Part shown: positions 37,424-51,270 of the stretch, piece after piece
Layout: each line of letters begins with the position of its first letter
Position numbering within the stretch: the first letter of the stretch is position 1
Source: Mobula hypostoma
Taxonomy: Eukaryota
Length of the DNA: 64,000 nt
Assembly (NCBI RefSeq): GCF_963921235.1
Contig: NC_086097.1
Span: forward strand, 169,138,001-169,202,000
Direction: 5' to 3'
The notes under the pieces: generated by a model
Databases searched by the model: none
The model's input: the letters and a program-made list of their open reading frames with translations, nothing else
What the model was told of the DNA's origin: nothing
Translations under genes and position numbers: made by a program

Positions 37424-37857
37424 TCAGAGTAGCCCGATTTGTCACAAATACCTATGAGACAGAAGCGAGTGTTACTCAACTTTTAAATTCATTAAAGTGG
37501 AACTCTCTCCAAGACAGACGTGAAGCACACTGCCTGACCTGTTTTTACAAAATGTTAAACGGTCAACTCAACATAGACTAACAATCCCACATCAAACCCA
37601 AACCTATTAGGAGCAGACGAGGGCACTCAACTCAATTTGAAATACTACCTACCAAATCAGATGTGTACAGCAATTCATTTTTCCCCTGCACAATTAAAGC
37701 ATGGAATAATCTTAATCCTAACAGTAACACAACCAAACCCAATTAAATTTAAGGCAGCTTTTCTTCTTCAAAAATCTCCTTCTTAAGCCTACCCTCCACC
37801 ACCTCCAGTTTAAATTCCATGCGGAATATTTTGGAGGATCAAGAACCAAGAACCAAG
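37424..37857 (+). mobile_element. Divergent CR1/L2-group LINE 3' end with a (caagaac)n tail
   Basis: RVARFVTNTY..EASVTQLLNSLKWNSLQDRR...CFYKMLN...RSRRGH...YSNSFFP.TIKAWNNL. Confidence 0.75.
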
Positions 37858-38239
37858 GGTCCAGTAGTAGTGTGACAGAAGGTGTCCTTGACATTGGAGG
37901 TATATGTTCTCAGGATTTTGTGTCTTCTGTTGGATGGGCAAGGGGAGAAGAAGGAATGACCATGGTGGGAGGGGTCCTTGATTATTATTTATCTGCTGTG
38001 ACAGATAAATAATATGGCATATTCACTCTTTTGTTATATACTATTAAGTAGGATTGTGATTGTGCTTTCAAACTCCACTTCAAATTTCTGTGTGTTCCCC
38101 TGCCCAGGAAGTATGCTGAAGTTACCTTGATGCTGAAAGGTATTGACTGCACACAATATTCCAGGTGTAGGTTAATGTTTTATAAACAGCATACTATAAC
38201 AGTCTACATTTGTTGAACATTATGTGAAGGCAACATTGT

Positions 38240-38405
38240 TATGATAGATTAATTGGCTGCTGTAAACTGTGCCTTGTGTGTGATAAAATCTGATGAGAAA
38301 TTGTTGGAAATATGGGAGGAATAAAAAGGATGAGGGTAAAATTAGATGTCTGATGATAGTTTTGGACCTGGTGGGCTAAAGGGCTTGTTTCCATATTGTA
38401 TCTCT
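38240..38405 (+). mobile_element. V-SINE 3' part
   Basis: ttaattggctgctgtaaactg core end followed by a CR1-derived tail. Confidence 0.55.
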
Positions 38406-38729
38406 CTAGGGGTCTGTGAAAGCTGAGTTTAGTTATCCATATGGTACCATTCATTTTAGACAAGTTGAACACAATACAGGATGAAAGATCAAAACAACTT
38501 GTCCAAAAAGACTTTGAAGTCAGTGTTGATAGGTAATTAAAATGTCCTGGCCAGGGAAAATAAATAATCAAATGAGTATTGCAATTCTATGCTTTATATC
38601 TGGAGATCTAAAGACAATGATGCATCTGTACAAAAGCCTGTTTACATCGGAGTACTATGTTAATGTCTGGGGAAAATATGCATAAGTAAAATATTGAACA
38701 TGCGGGTAATCGGAGGTGAAGTTGGAAAA

Positions 38730-38825
38730 CTGAAGAAGGGTCTCGGCCTGAAATGTTGATTGTTTATTCATTTCCACAGATGCTGCCTGACCTGCTGAGC
38801 TCCTTCAGCATTTTGAGTGTTGCAT
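38730..38825 (+). mobile_element. PLE pLTR fragment starting at the hammerhead core
   Basis: ctgaagaagggtctcggcctgaaatgttg...gatgctgcctgacctgctgag. Confidence 0.7.
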
Positions 38826-39374
38826 TTTTTCATAATTTATTTTTGAAATTTATAGTAATTTTCATCTTTTCATTGTATTGCTGCCACAAAACAAATTTCA
38901 TGTCATACAAGCCACTGATAATAATTTTGATTCTGATTTTGAAGTTCTCAACAAGTCCAGCAGCATCACACAGTTAATGTTTTGGGTCAATACTCTTCGA
39001 TCAGAAAATTTCTGTAATTTTTTTACAGTACTGTTGGGGAGGCATCTCAATTGTTTATTATTAAGAATATTGATACTGAGGAGATGGAGTGTAGATTTGA
39101 CTGGCACCTTGTGTGCCTCTGTTAGAGGTGGAGGGAAGAGACACCTTATATGTATCATAGGCTTTGTCCTGATTTATTTATTTTAAATAGTTATTCACTG
39201 CTAATTGCATAGATTTCAATGTCTCATAAAAGTAGTTTTATCTAAAATATTGCCTTTTCTAAACATTTAAATAAGATTTTTCATGTTAGATGTTAACTGA
39301 TTTTTTCAAATATATTTTGTTTTAATTTTTTAAAACAAGTGACAGAATGGGTAATTATACATGACATCAAACTG

Positions 39375-39820
39375 TTTTGAGCATTTGGCAGCTTTGGGCC
39401 TGTACTCACTGAAATTTAGAAGAATGTGTGGGAATCTCATTGAAACCTACTGAATGTTGTAAGGACTATATAGGGTGGATGTGGAGAGGATGTTTCCTGT
39501 GCTGGGGGTATCCAGAACTAGAGGACACAGCCTCAAAACAGAGGGGCAATCCTTTAGAACAGAGGTAAGGAAGCTTTTTTTTAAACCAGGGAGTAGTAAA
39601 TCTGTGGAATGTTCTTCCACAGACTGCAGTGGAGGCCAAGTCCATGCATATATTTAAGGTGGAAGTTGATCTTTTCCTGATCGGTCAGGGCATCAAAGGA
39701 TATGGTGAGTAGGCAGGTGTGTGGGGTTGAGTGGGATTCAGGGTCAGCCATGATGGAATGGCAAAGCAGACTCGATGGGCTGAATGGCCTAATAATCTGC
39801 TCCTATGTCTTATGGTCTAA
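39375..39820 (+). mobile_element. CR1 3' end
   Basis: DVERMFPVLGVSRTRGHSLK and a tcttatggtct tail. Confidence 0.85.
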
Positions 39821-40046
39821 CAATTGTATTGCCCAGTATACACTATCTACACAGGTTATCCACTTTGAACCCAACAAGAATAAAGACTCCTCCTGCCCCA
39901 ATGTTTTTCTCTTCTTTCCTCTCCCATTGGACAGAAGATACAAAAGCTTGGAGCACATTCCACCAGATTCAAAGACAGCCTTTATCTCACTGTTAGCAGA
40001 CTTGAGTGGACCTCTTGTATGCTGTAGATGAACTAGTCTATCTCGA

Positions 40047-40439
40047 ACAACAGGAATTCTGCAGATGCTGGAAATTCAAGCAACACACATCAAAGTTGCT
40101 GGTGAACGCAGCAGGCCAAGCAGCATCTATAGGAAGAGGCGCAGTCGACGTTTCAGGCCGAGACCCTTCGTCAGGACTAACTGAAGGAAGAGTGAGTAAG
40201 GGATTTGAAAGCTGGAGGGGGAGGGGGAGATGCAAAATGATAAGAGAAGACAGGAGGGGGAGGGATGGAGCCGAGAGCTGGACAGGTGATAGGCAAAAGG
40301 GGGATACGAGAGGATCATGGGACAGGAGGTCCAGGAAGAAAGACAAGGGGGGGGTGACCCAGAGGATGGGCAAGAGGTATATTCAGAGGGACAGAGGGAG
40401 AAAAAGGAGAGTGAGAGAAAGAATGTGTGCATAAAAATG
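40047..40439 (-). mobile_element. Young PLE pLTR insertion
   Basis: Closely similar to 29692-30060; 12-bp TSD agtctatctcga at 40035-40046 and 40440-40451. Confidence 0.9.
40143..40178 (-). ncRNA. Minimal type I hammerhead ribozyme
   Basis: AGTC-CTGACGA-AGGGTCTCGGCCT-GAAA-CGTC^GACT. Confidence 0.75.
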
Positions 40440-40604
40440 AGTCTATCTCGACATGGCTCTTATTTTGTTCACTTTCACTGCACTTTCTCTGTATCTGTAA
40501 CACTACATTCTGTTTTCCTTTAAACTTTTGAAAATGCTGAAAATATTGAAATTTGGGGATTCATGTACATAGATCTTTAAAATCTCAGGGATGGGGTTAA
40601 AAAA

Positions 40605-40980
40605 AATAGAGTCAGAGGGATAGAGTAATTCAGCGTAGTAACAGGGCCTTCAGCTCAACTCGTCCATGCTGATTATGGTGTCCATCATACTAGTCCCATT
40701 TACTTGCATTTAGCCCATATCCTTCTAAATCCCTCCTACCATGTTTTTTGTATTCTTTTATTATACATGCCTCAACCATTTCTTCTGGTAGCTCATTTGT
40801 GTGATGATGATTTTGCCCCTCCAGTCACTTTTACTTCTCACCTTAAATCTATGCCCTTTAGTTTTTAATTGCCCTTCCTTGGGTATAAGACCATTTGTGT
40901 TCGCCCTATCTGTACTCCTTGTGATTTTGTACATGTCTATAAGGTCACCCCTTAGACTCCTACATTCCAAGGAATAAAAT
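40605..40980 (-). mobile_element. CR1 3' end
   Basis: YSLECRSLRGDLIDMYKI...KGHRFKVR within ORF 40761-41192. Confidence 0.8.
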
Positions 40981-41749
40981 AAAGGCGACACAATGTTAAC
41001 GTTGAGACTGAAGTACAGGGCACTCGAAAGTATACTATTACACAAAGCCTTAGTTAGACTTTGGAGAGTCAAGAGACTGTAGATGATGGAATCAAAGCAA
41101 CAAACAATCTGCTGGATGAACTCAACAAAATTCAGTAGGTCTCTGCCTCTATCTGTGATCCACCAGCCACAGTCTTCTAACTCCAGTCCCACTTATCTCC
41201 TCAACCTGGCACCACCTGCCTGACATCTTACACCTCACAGATGCTGCTCAGCCCACTGAGTTCCTCCAGCAGATCGTGTGTTGTTTGGTTAGACTTGAAG
41301 TATTGTGAATAGTTCTGGGTAAAATTTAATGGTAATAAAGTAGTCATTACACTGCTTTCAATTTAAATCTAATAAAATGAGATCTGGACTCCAAAAGTTA
41401 AAGTTCAAAAAAGGTATTCCAAACTTGATACTGAGAAGATTACAGAGTATTTGAATAATTTTTTACAATATTTGAAGGAAAACTGAAAAGCAAGTTACAA
41501 AGAAACCATTTCTGCTGATATGAGGAGTTAAAGACCAAAGAGCTCATTAAAAAATCAGAATAAAGGTTTTCTGCAATGAAGATTTGAAAAAAAAAACTTC
41601 TTCACACAGAAGGCAGTAGAAACTTATACATCTTCCATAATCGTCCATTGACGCTGGATCAAATGTTACAGAATTTTGTTCACCAAAGAGAGGAAGGATC
41701 TAACCTTGCACAGCATTACTGAAACATTGCTGCAATAAGGAAGAATGCA

Positions 41750-42340
41750 CGCCAGTGGAACTTCATGAGGAGTTTGAAGAGATTTGGCATCACTAAAGAC
41801 TTTTCCAGATTTATACAGATTAACAGTGGAGACTATGCCGATTGGTTGCATCACAGCCTGGTATGGAGGCTCGATGAGCAGAATCAAAAGAGACAATGCT
41901 ATCAAGGACATCTTCACGAGGCAGTGGATCGAGGGGATGGCATCCTTCATTAATGAGCCTCACCATCTAGGACATGTCCTCTTCTCATTACTGCCATCAG
42001 GGAAGAGGTACAGGAGCCTGAAGACCAGCACTCAACGTTTTAGGAACAGCTTCTTATAGAAATGAACAAGATTACAAATCTGAAATACTTGTAAAAAAAG
42101 TTTTCTCTCAATTCCTATTACTCCTGAATCTAAGTGCCATTGTGGTACGTTAAGAAGGACTCATGACCTCATTATGATCTTGACCTTATTGTTTACCTGC
42201 ACTACACCTTTTTTTTAATTCTGCGCTGTTATTCTTTTATCTTGTTTTACCTCAATGCACTGTTTAATGATTTGGTCTGTATGAACAGTCTGCAAGCAGG
42301 CTTTTCGCTGTATTTTGGGGGCAGTAATAATAAACCAATT
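41750..42340 (+). mobile_element. Rex1/Babar LINE 3' fragment
   Basis: YRLTVETMPIGCITAWYG...HHLGHVLFSLLPSGKRYRSLKTSTQRFRNSF. Confidence 0.8.
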
Positions 42341-42399
42341 CCTTTTGTGATCTCTCCAGATGAGTAAAGTACTGATTGGAAAACAGAGAGGAAGGCAAC

Positions 42400-42660
42400 C
42401 AGCAGATTGCTTGTTCACGATGTTCAGGCATTTGCTTCCCAAATGCAGCACTGAGAGAGTGCTCTCTTGTTGGAAGTGCAATCTTTCAGGTGGAACTACT
42501 TACCAAGGCTCTTTCAGATGGATGCAAAAGATCCTATAGTTATATTTCAAAAAAGAGAAGTGGAGCTAGCTCTGGTGCCCTAGGTAAAAATTGATTCCTT
42601 GCACAGCATTACTGAAAACAGAACAAATAGTTATTTTCAAATTACTATTTGTCAGAATTT
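42400..42660 (+). mobile_element. Old DeuSINE-like relic
   Basis: agtactga...gcagcactg...tcagatggatgcaaaagatccta matches the remembered Deu-domain pattern. Confidence 0.4.
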
Positions 42661-45274
42661 GGTGAGCTCAGTGAAGTAGGAATGTGTAATTTAAAAATAT
42701 AAATAATAACTATTTAATTTAGCTATAGCAACAAGAAATAGAAGTCCACTCGTGCACAAATATCTGTTGTGCAAATGCTTGTAGTAATACATTTATCCCA
42801 AAATTGTTCATTCATTTTTTGTTATCGTGCTGTTCTTATTCAATCAGATATTTTAGTAACACTGTTACCCTGTAGAATAGTTTCAATTTCTGCAAGTATT
42901 AGTAGCAATGGGGTTAGTCATATGATTCCACAAACTGCTCATACACTTCAGTTATCATCACAGCCATTGTCTCAGACTCCAACACTGTTTGACATTTAAT
43001 ATTCAGTGCTGGCTTTTTGCTGTTTGTGTGATTTGTTCTTTTTTTTGCACGTTGGGTGTTTAATGTTTTCTTTGAATGGGTCCATGGTGTTTCTCTGTTT
43101 GGTGGCTGCTGTGGGAGGATGAATCTGTGGGTTGCATACTGTATACATACTTGGGTAATGTAATCACAGTTTTTATTCAATCCCAAACTGATCATTACAT
43201 CCCATTTAATCACCACCACAAATTGTGCCTACTACCATTTATATATAACTGTTACATATCTGTTACTAATCTTTTGTGTACATTTGGAAACTGTATTTTG
43301 TGATCCTTCTAACTGACCATGCATTCTTTATGAACCTCCTAAATTTACTGCCATGTTGGGAGCTGGATCCACATTTCCCAATGATGCTGACCTATAAGAT
43401 TCAATACCTCAGTTTAAAATACAAATTCTTATTCTCAAATCCTAATTTGAGCTCCCCATCTCTTCTACGTTTAAAGGTAGATAAAACTTTTCACTACTTC
43501 CCAATTTGCTTAAAAACTAATGAAGTATTCTTAATGTCATCTTGGTAATACTGAGGTTGTCACATCCAATATGTATTAAAAAGTCCCACGAATAGCAATG
43601 AAATAGTTGACCTCCTACAGGCTTGAAAATTCTCCAATTACAACAAGATGGCTTTAATCATCCAACTGTCCAACTGTGAGTGGCTTCATCACCAGCTGGG
43701 AGTTTACCTCTAAAGCACACATTATCCTTCATTGTTCATGGAATTCCCTTTCAAACATTCATGTAGGAGAGTCTACACATTTGGACTGCAAGATGAAAGC
43801 TTATCGTCATCTTCTCATTCTTGTTGTTTGACAGCAATGACTGAAAACAATCCACACACCAGACTCGTCAGTTCCCTCTTAATCTTCTATGCATCTTCAC
43901 CCTCCACTCTAATCTACGACCCCTATAAAGGTTCTCCCTTTCACAGATAATTTGATCATCCCTCCTCATATCTTTATCTTCTTTGTGCATCGATTTCAGT
44001 CCATTTACATGCTTACGTTGAAATAATTTAAATGGTTTGCATACTTAAACTTTTCTATTCCATAAGAACCCAAGAAATTAGGAACTTAAGGTCCTTCAGA
44101 CTGTGTAAGGCATTGGCATTTCTGCAAGTTCTGCACTAAACCAAGTGACATATTCAATATAATTTCTGACTTCGTAAGCTTCAGTAAGTGGAGTAATTGT
44201 ATTTTATATCTGATGATGTATTGCAGTTATATGCTGTATTTCTGTAAAAATGACAGAAGGCTGATTGCATGTCAGTAATCCTATAATTATTGTTTACTGT
44301 CTCCATCAAGGAAGACAGAGTTGATCCAATATGTTGCAGAGGAAGGAACATAAAAAATAAGGGAGATCTCTCTGGTAAATATGAGTTACAGCAGGTCTTT
44401 TATGAGTGAGCAAGAGTCATAATTCCTCAGTACTGCATGAATGCACAAAGCAATGTTCACAGCCAATGATAGGATGTTTTGAATGTTTTACTCAGAAGAT
44501 ATTTTTCAACTTTTAGGGCAAATTAAAAGTAGGGAAAGATAGATAAAATTACAGAATTTTCTTTTCAGACTTCTTTTTTTTGATAGCAATTTACAGACTA
44601 TGCCCAGGTAATGAACAGGTTCCTTGTTTTACAGATAGCCTTAAGTTAGTTCTGTCTAACAATCTCTCAACATGGCAACCCCACCACCATAGTATTGTAA
44701 TGAATAGTATCAAATGCACACCAGACTGATAAGAAAGAACAAATACTAAAAGTGGAGAGGGAGAGGAAACTAAATACGTATGTATGTACATATGTCAGAC
44801 TTTTGAATTTAATATTCGGGAGTTTAACTGTAGAGTGTCCATAAGACAGATGTTCTTAATGATAAGACAGTCTGTAATACAATCTATTTATAATTTCCCT
44901 GATTATATCTAATAACAAGAAAGAAGCATTTATTAAATAACTTTTAAAAATCAACAACACTATGTGATGCACAGACTTTTCGGTGTGGTTAATTTGTCGG
45001 CTATATATGAAAAAGATGCTTCTGAAATAATCTTACTCATTTGTAACCTTGGTCTCTGGTCACTGAGAAAATTAATACTCATTATCATTAATACTGATGT
45101 ACAGTGTTACCCTGAATTGGCCATTTAACATATGCTTGTCATTTTAAGTAACTCTCTCCATTAATGATTTATTCTTCAGCTGCTTGCTCACTGCACTTAT
45201 ATGGCTACTAACTGTTTGATTATAGACACAGCAAGTTGTAGTTATGTTTATTACTACTAAAATCAATTTTCAAA

Positions 45275-46092
45275 ACTTGAAACTAGGGAAACTGGACTCA
45301 AGAGGGAAAACTTACAAAACACTAGTATTATTGATGTCCCACACAAAATGTGGTACATACACACAATCATTCCAAAATAAGCAAGATCTGTGTGCATTAA
45401 AAATTAAATGGTACATAAATACTCTTAACCTTTGAGGAGCATTGGATGACAAAACTCTGTGCAGTAGTTGAAGTCCGAGGTGTAAATGGTGAAGAGAAAG
45501 GGAGACAAGACAGTCCCCTGTGGAGCCCCAGTGTTGCTGATCACTCTGTCGGACACACAGTGTTGCAAGCACACGTACTGTGGTCTGCCAGACAGGTAAT
45601 CAAAAATCCGTGATACCAGGGGAGCATCCACCTGCATCGCTGTCAGCTTCTCCCCCAGCAGAGCAGAGCGGAGCGGATGGTGTTGAATGCACTGGAGAAG
45701 TCAAAAAACATGACCCTCACAGTGCTCGCTGGCTTTTCCAGGTGGGCGTAGACACGGTTCAGCATGTAGACGGTGGCATCCTCAACTCCTAGTCGGGGCT
45801 GGTAGGCGAACTGGAGGGGATCTAAGTGTGGCCTGACCATAGGCCGGAGCAGCTCCAGAACAAGTCTCTCTAGGGTCTTCATGATGTGGGAGGTCAATGC
45901 CACAGGTCTGTAGTCATTGAGGCCACTGGGGTGTGGCGTCTTTGGCACAGGGACGAGGCAGGACGTCTTCCACAGTACAGGAGCCCTCCAGAGCCTCAGG
46001 CTCAGTTTGAAGACGTGGCGAAGTACTCCACGTAGCTGAGGGACACAGGCTTTGAGCACCCTGGTACTGACACCATCTGGTCCTGCAGCCTT
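45275..46092 (-). mobile_element. Rex1 LINE RT fragment
   Basis: KAAGPDGV, LNDYRPVALTSHIMKTLE, DPLQFAY, MFFDFSSAFNTI, TGAPQGTVLSPFLFTIYTSD. Confidence 0.9.
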
Positions 46093-46949
46093 GCAGCCTC
46101 TAAGGAAGATGGTTGTCATTGCAGGAGGGCAATGCAACTTGTAATTAATTTGTTTTTCTTGTGAATGTTGCTTATATTATGCTATGTGCCTGTGATATTG
46201 CTGCAAGTAGGTTTTTCATTGCACATGTGCATATGACAATATACTCGACTTGGCTTTACCTAGAGGTGTTCCTCAGCGCGTGCACTACACCCTATCATTC
46301 TCAGATGCTTTAACTATCACCTCCTCCCAGCAGAGAAGTGGGAATATTTGCTGGTAATTGTTCATTTCTATTTGCAGGTGCTCATTAAATGAAATATTGC
46401 ATGCCTGCATGCAGCAAGATCTAGCTTTCAAACAGAACCAAGCTATTGATAAATAATATTCAGTGACCACCTGCATTTACTCTCAACAGTCAACAGCAAT
46501 TCTGTCACTGGGTCCTTCAATATCAACATACGGTGGTCACCATAGACGAGAAGGTTAACCGGATGAGCTAACTGTGATGACGAGAGCCGGTGAGAATCTG
46601 AATATGAGAGACTGATCACCAACCTTTTAAATGGTCCGTATGTAACCACTTTGGCAATCCTAGATACATCTGCACCCCAATTTCCCAGAAGGACTTGGAA
46701 GTTAAAGGGTTAAGCTGATGACTTTCCAGAGTAAGGAAAGATCCAGCAATGGAAAGTGCATCATTTACATACAAGCCTGTATTATTTACCAATGATCAGC
46801 TTTTAACAAGTTTCTATTAGTTTTACAAAGGTTGGATTCTCATTTCTTGTAGCTGATCACTATAATTGTCTCTATATTTCTTGAATATCATGGGAATTTG
46901 CCAAACATGAAGTTCATATAATGTCAAGGGCACAACTACTGAGTTTCAA

Positions 46950-47880
46950 TTCTGTATTGTGTGCAGTTCTGGTTGGCTAGCTGTATGAAGGGTGTCATTG
47001 AGTTGGAAAGGGTGTAGAAAAGATTTACAAGGATGTTGCCAGAACTGGGAGGCTTGAGTTATAAGAGACTGCAGCTGTTTTTTTTTTCCCCTGGCTTGCA
47101 GGAGACTGAAGGATGACCTTATAGAACTTATAATATAATAAGGGGCATAGATAAGATGAATGGTCACAATCTATATCCCAGAGTTGGAGAGAGTAAAAAC
47201 TGAGTTTTAAGCTGAAAGTGGAAAGATTTAAAGGGACTCTGAGGAATAGCTTTCTCACATGGAGGCTGGTGGGTACATGGAATGAGCTGGCAGAGGAAGG
47301 TAAGGGCAGTTGATGTTGTGCCAACTTTTTAACCTACTCCAAGATTAATCCTTATCTCCACTTAGTCATCATTTTTCTTTCTTCCATGTACCTAGCTAAG
47401 AGTTTCTTAAATGTCCCTAAGGTATCTACCTCTACCATCACCCCTGGCAGTGTGTTCCACATATAGTACCTGCCACTCTCTGTGTAAAAAACCTGCCACT
47501 GACATCATACCTATACTTTCCTTTCATCGCATTAAATTATGCCGTCTTGTATTAGCCATTCCCGATTGAGGAACATGGTGCACTGGCTGTTCATTTTACC
47601 TATGCCTCTTATCATCTTATATATCTGTATCAATCACATTTCATGACATTTAGACAAGCAGATGGATTGGAATGGTTAGAGGGATATGAGGCAAGTGATT
47701 CTAGCTCAAGTACTGATTAAGGGTCTCAGTCCAAAATGTTGACTGTTTATTCCTTTCGACAGATGCTGCCTGACCTAGTGAGTTCCTTCAGTACTTTGTA
47801 TGTGTTACCTGGATTTCCAGCATCTGCACAATATCTTGTGTTTATGATCTAGCTCAATAGGCAACTTGATCACATGGATG
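46950..47880. mobile_element. Mosaic of a plus-strand CR1 3' end, a minus-strand CR1 (about 47305-47640) and a PLE pLTR (about 47710-47850)
   Basis: CR1 motifs on both strands; decayed hammerhead ctgattaagggtctcagtccaaaatgttgactg. Confidence 0.7.
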
Positions 47881-49339
47881 AGCTAGGCATAGGGTCTGCT
47901 TGCATGCTGTATAACTGAGTTTCAGACTAGGGAAAAAAATGCGAGAAAGTTTATAGCTGGAACCAGGGTCCAAATTTTTGTATATTTTTTGTTCCCTTTA
48001 AACTCACCTGGTTCAACAACAAATATATTGTACTGCTGTGTAACATTGAAAAATAGAAATAAACATATGTTTGCAGATCCAAAAATCCAGAAAATCTGCT
48101 TGTCCGGCACTCTCATATTCCCGAGAGTGTCAGGTTTTATCAATGTTTTTACTGCATTGCGGATGTTAGAAATTTGAAATAAAAATAGAAAATCTCAGGC
48201 AGTATCTGTCTGTATGACTTTCTGAGTATTTCCAGTATTTTCCGTTCTTTTATTTTAGGGTTTTGAAACATTTGCTTGTTTGTGCAATTTGCCAGCCCAG
48301 TGGAGAAGAGGGAGAGAGTGAAAGACAAAAATAATTACTGTCATTATCTGGATGACTAAGTTTCTGAAATCAAGGTTAATGCACACTTCTGAGTACCTAA
48401 TCTTCATGAGACAATTTGGCTCAAACCCAGGCAGGGCATTAGGGAATAATAACTTCCTTGATAAGTTTTGCAACACAATCCACAATCTGAACAAAAAAAA
48501 TAGCAGACACCACAGTTCCTGATAAAAATTACAAGTAAGTCAACAGTGTAACCACCTCCAATCTCTACTTAAGAGCTTGCAAGTAAGATTCTGGATTGAG
48601 AGGCTATCTGCAACATTTCCAAGTTCACTGATAATCCAAAAACAAAAGCAAAGAGATTAAATTATCTGAAAAAGAAAATGGCAGATGGAGTATAATGTGG
48701 GGAAATGTGAGGTTGTTCACTTTGGTAGAAAAAAAATACAGAAGTGCAAAGTACTACACTGTTGTGTATTTAATATTTCAGTAAGATTTGTTTCATTAAG
48801 CATTCTCATTTGTTTAAATACTTCATTATGATTACATGTCAAAGTATGTGAATGGCATACATCACCACACCACTGCATCATATGTGTGCGCACCTTGCTT
48901 AAAATAAATACAAAGTTAGACTCATATTTCAGACTCTCACCTTTTCCTTTCAATGAGTTTAATGTTTTGGAGCTACAAAACAACATCCACCAAATCTTGT
49001 TATTTGCTGACTTACTATCCTTGGATCCATGTACTTGTGAAATTGATTGTGCTTTACTAAACGTGTTGGTAAATATGATGTGTTCCTTTACAGCCCTTTC
49101 CTATGGTATTCAGCAAATCCCTTTTGCCATTAGATGAATTACATTTGAAGTCTTGAGCCAGCATATAGTGAGGTATCAAATAATCCAGGCTGGGAACACT
49201 GAGGTTGAGCAATGTGGTTACGTTCACAGGCTCCAAAGTGCGGTTAGGGTGCACAGTTAGAACTGGGTGGAGGATTGGAATTGGGGCTGGAAACACCAAG
49301 GATCAGGATGAGTGGCTGGAGACAGGATCTAGAGTATTT

Positions 49340-49880
49340 GTATGTTTCAACTGACTGGTTGCATCATGGCATGGTACAGTAATTCCAATGCACCAGGAAT
49401 GCAGAAGGCTCCGGACAGTTGTGGGTACAGCACGCCAACCACCATTGACAGCATCTGGAGAAGTAGTTGCCTCAAGAAGGCTGCACCTATCATCAAGGAT
49501 TCCCACCATCTGGGTCATGTCCTCATCTCACTAATACAATCAGACAGGCCTGAAGTCCCACACCATCAGGTTCAGGAACAGCTACTATCCTATAACCATC
49601 AAGTTCTTGAACCAACCTGCACAATCCTAATCCTACCTAGCAACAGAACACCACAGATCACCTCCTCCATAGAGGTTTTCAATTTGGCGTTTATTTATTT
49701 TGTACTAAGAACTTAAGCTTGCAAAGACTTCTCTTCCACTGTAATATATACTTTATGATAACTCATTTATAATTTATATACTGTGTTACCTGTACCTATG
49801 TCTGTGATGCTGCCACAAGCAATTTTTTCATTATACTGTACATCACTCTACTTGTGTACATGACAATAACGTTGACTAAT
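49340..49880 (+). mobile_element. Rex1/Babar 3' fragment
   Basis: LTGCIMAWYSN...CLKKAAPIIKDSHHLGHVLISL. Confidence 0.75.
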
Positions 49881-50127
49881 GCTTTGGTAACTTTTGGTGC
49901 ACCTACAAGAACACGGTTTCATTATTTGCTGATGACCTTGCACTTTTCCCATCCTTTATCCAAACCCAAATGCTCAATTCCTTTCAACTTAGTGCTTTGT
50001 ACATCAACTCCTTTATTTTGACCCTTCATTAGATTCTTTGCTGGAATTACTTAGAACAGCCTCCCAAACTATTGTCATGCCCAATAATCAATCCGTATTT
50101 CTTTTGGATAAAGCTCTAAACTCTCTT

Positions 50128-50390
50128 AGGTGGAGATAAAAGATCCCTTGGCATAACAGCAGAGAAGTTCTCTTGAAATTCTGGGCAATATTTCTCTCTC
50201 AGCCATTATCATTAATATATTACTTGATCATTACCTCATTGCTTTTAGTGAAGGCTTGCTGTATACAAACATTCTATTGCATTTTCCACATTACATAACC
50301 GACTACGCTTCAAAGAGCATTGCATTGACATTAAGATGCATTGGGATATTCTGAGGTCATGAGATGGCAGATCACCAGGTTCTCCTCTTA
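50128..50390 (+). mobile_element. DeuSINE (AmnSINE1/SacSINE1-like) relic
   Basis: aggtggagataaaagatcccttggca...gcttgctgt...cattaca...cttcaaa...ttgggatattctgaggtcatga follows the remembered Deu-domain and L2-tail order. Confidence 0.55.
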
Positions 50391-50689
50391 ATTTATTATT
50401 CATACTTTGTGATGCACTTTGGGATTATTTTGTTAAGGGCTTTACACAACTGGAAATTGTTTTGATGGATTAAATTTTTCAGCCATGTTACTACTGAGGT
50501 GCAAGTTCTGAATGGATACTGTCAGAGGTCCTTGTTGACAAATTGTATATCCAACTGTACCCAAGTCTCTGTTTTACAAACATGCTTTTGTAGACAGCTT
50601 TGCTCTTAGTTATGGCTGCAAACTCTCACCCTGACACTTCAAGAAAGTGATTGTCCAAGCTATCAATGTCATAAATACAGCATATCAGA

Positions 50690-51270
50690 ATGGTAGAGTC
50701 AAAAAAGAACTGCTCGAGAAACCCAGCAGGTCATCCAGCATCCATGGAGTGAGAAGGATAGTGATGTTTTCCACACCCACTGTCCACGTCCCTCCATAAA
50801 GGTACCTGATTCACTGGGTTCCCCAAACATCTCTTTTATTTGTTCCAGATTCTAGCATCTGATTCCAACATGTGATGGCTCTGGACCTTTACTCATTGGA
50901 GTTTAGAAGAATAAGGGGACATCGCATTGAAACTTACCGAAAATTGAAAGGGCTGGAGAGAGTGGATGTGCAGAGGATGTTTTCGTAGTGAGCGAGTCAA
51001 GGACCAGAGGGCACACTCTGGTTAATAGTGTGATGAGGAGGCAGCTTCTATGAAGGGAATAAACAGTTGACATTTCATGCTGAGATCAGCTTATGTTCCT
51101 TCCCCTCCCCCACCTTCTTATTCTGGTTTCTGCCTTCTACCTTTCTAGTCCTGATCAAGGGCCTCAGCCCAAAATGTCGAGTTTATTCCCCTCCCTGATG
51201 TTGCCTGACTCGTGAGTTCCTCCAGCATTTTGTGTGTGCTGCTCAGTATCGCCAGCATCTGCAGACTTAG
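50690..51270. mobile_element. Two small inverted PLE derivatives around a CR1 fragment (about 50870-51020)
   Basis: pLTR motifs in both orientations; agtcctgatcaagggcctcagcccaaaatgtcga near 51147. Confidence 0.6.

Noticed and set aside
40006..40523. Overlapping 100-140-aa ORFs, also at 29656-30094 and 23209-24163
   Set aside because: Shadow frames of purine/pyrimidine-biased PLE terminal repeats
46260..46760. Possible plus-strand exon or conserved non-coding element (ttctatttgcag|G acceptor)
   Set aside because: No convincing donor or reading frame, and conservation cannot be judged from one sequence
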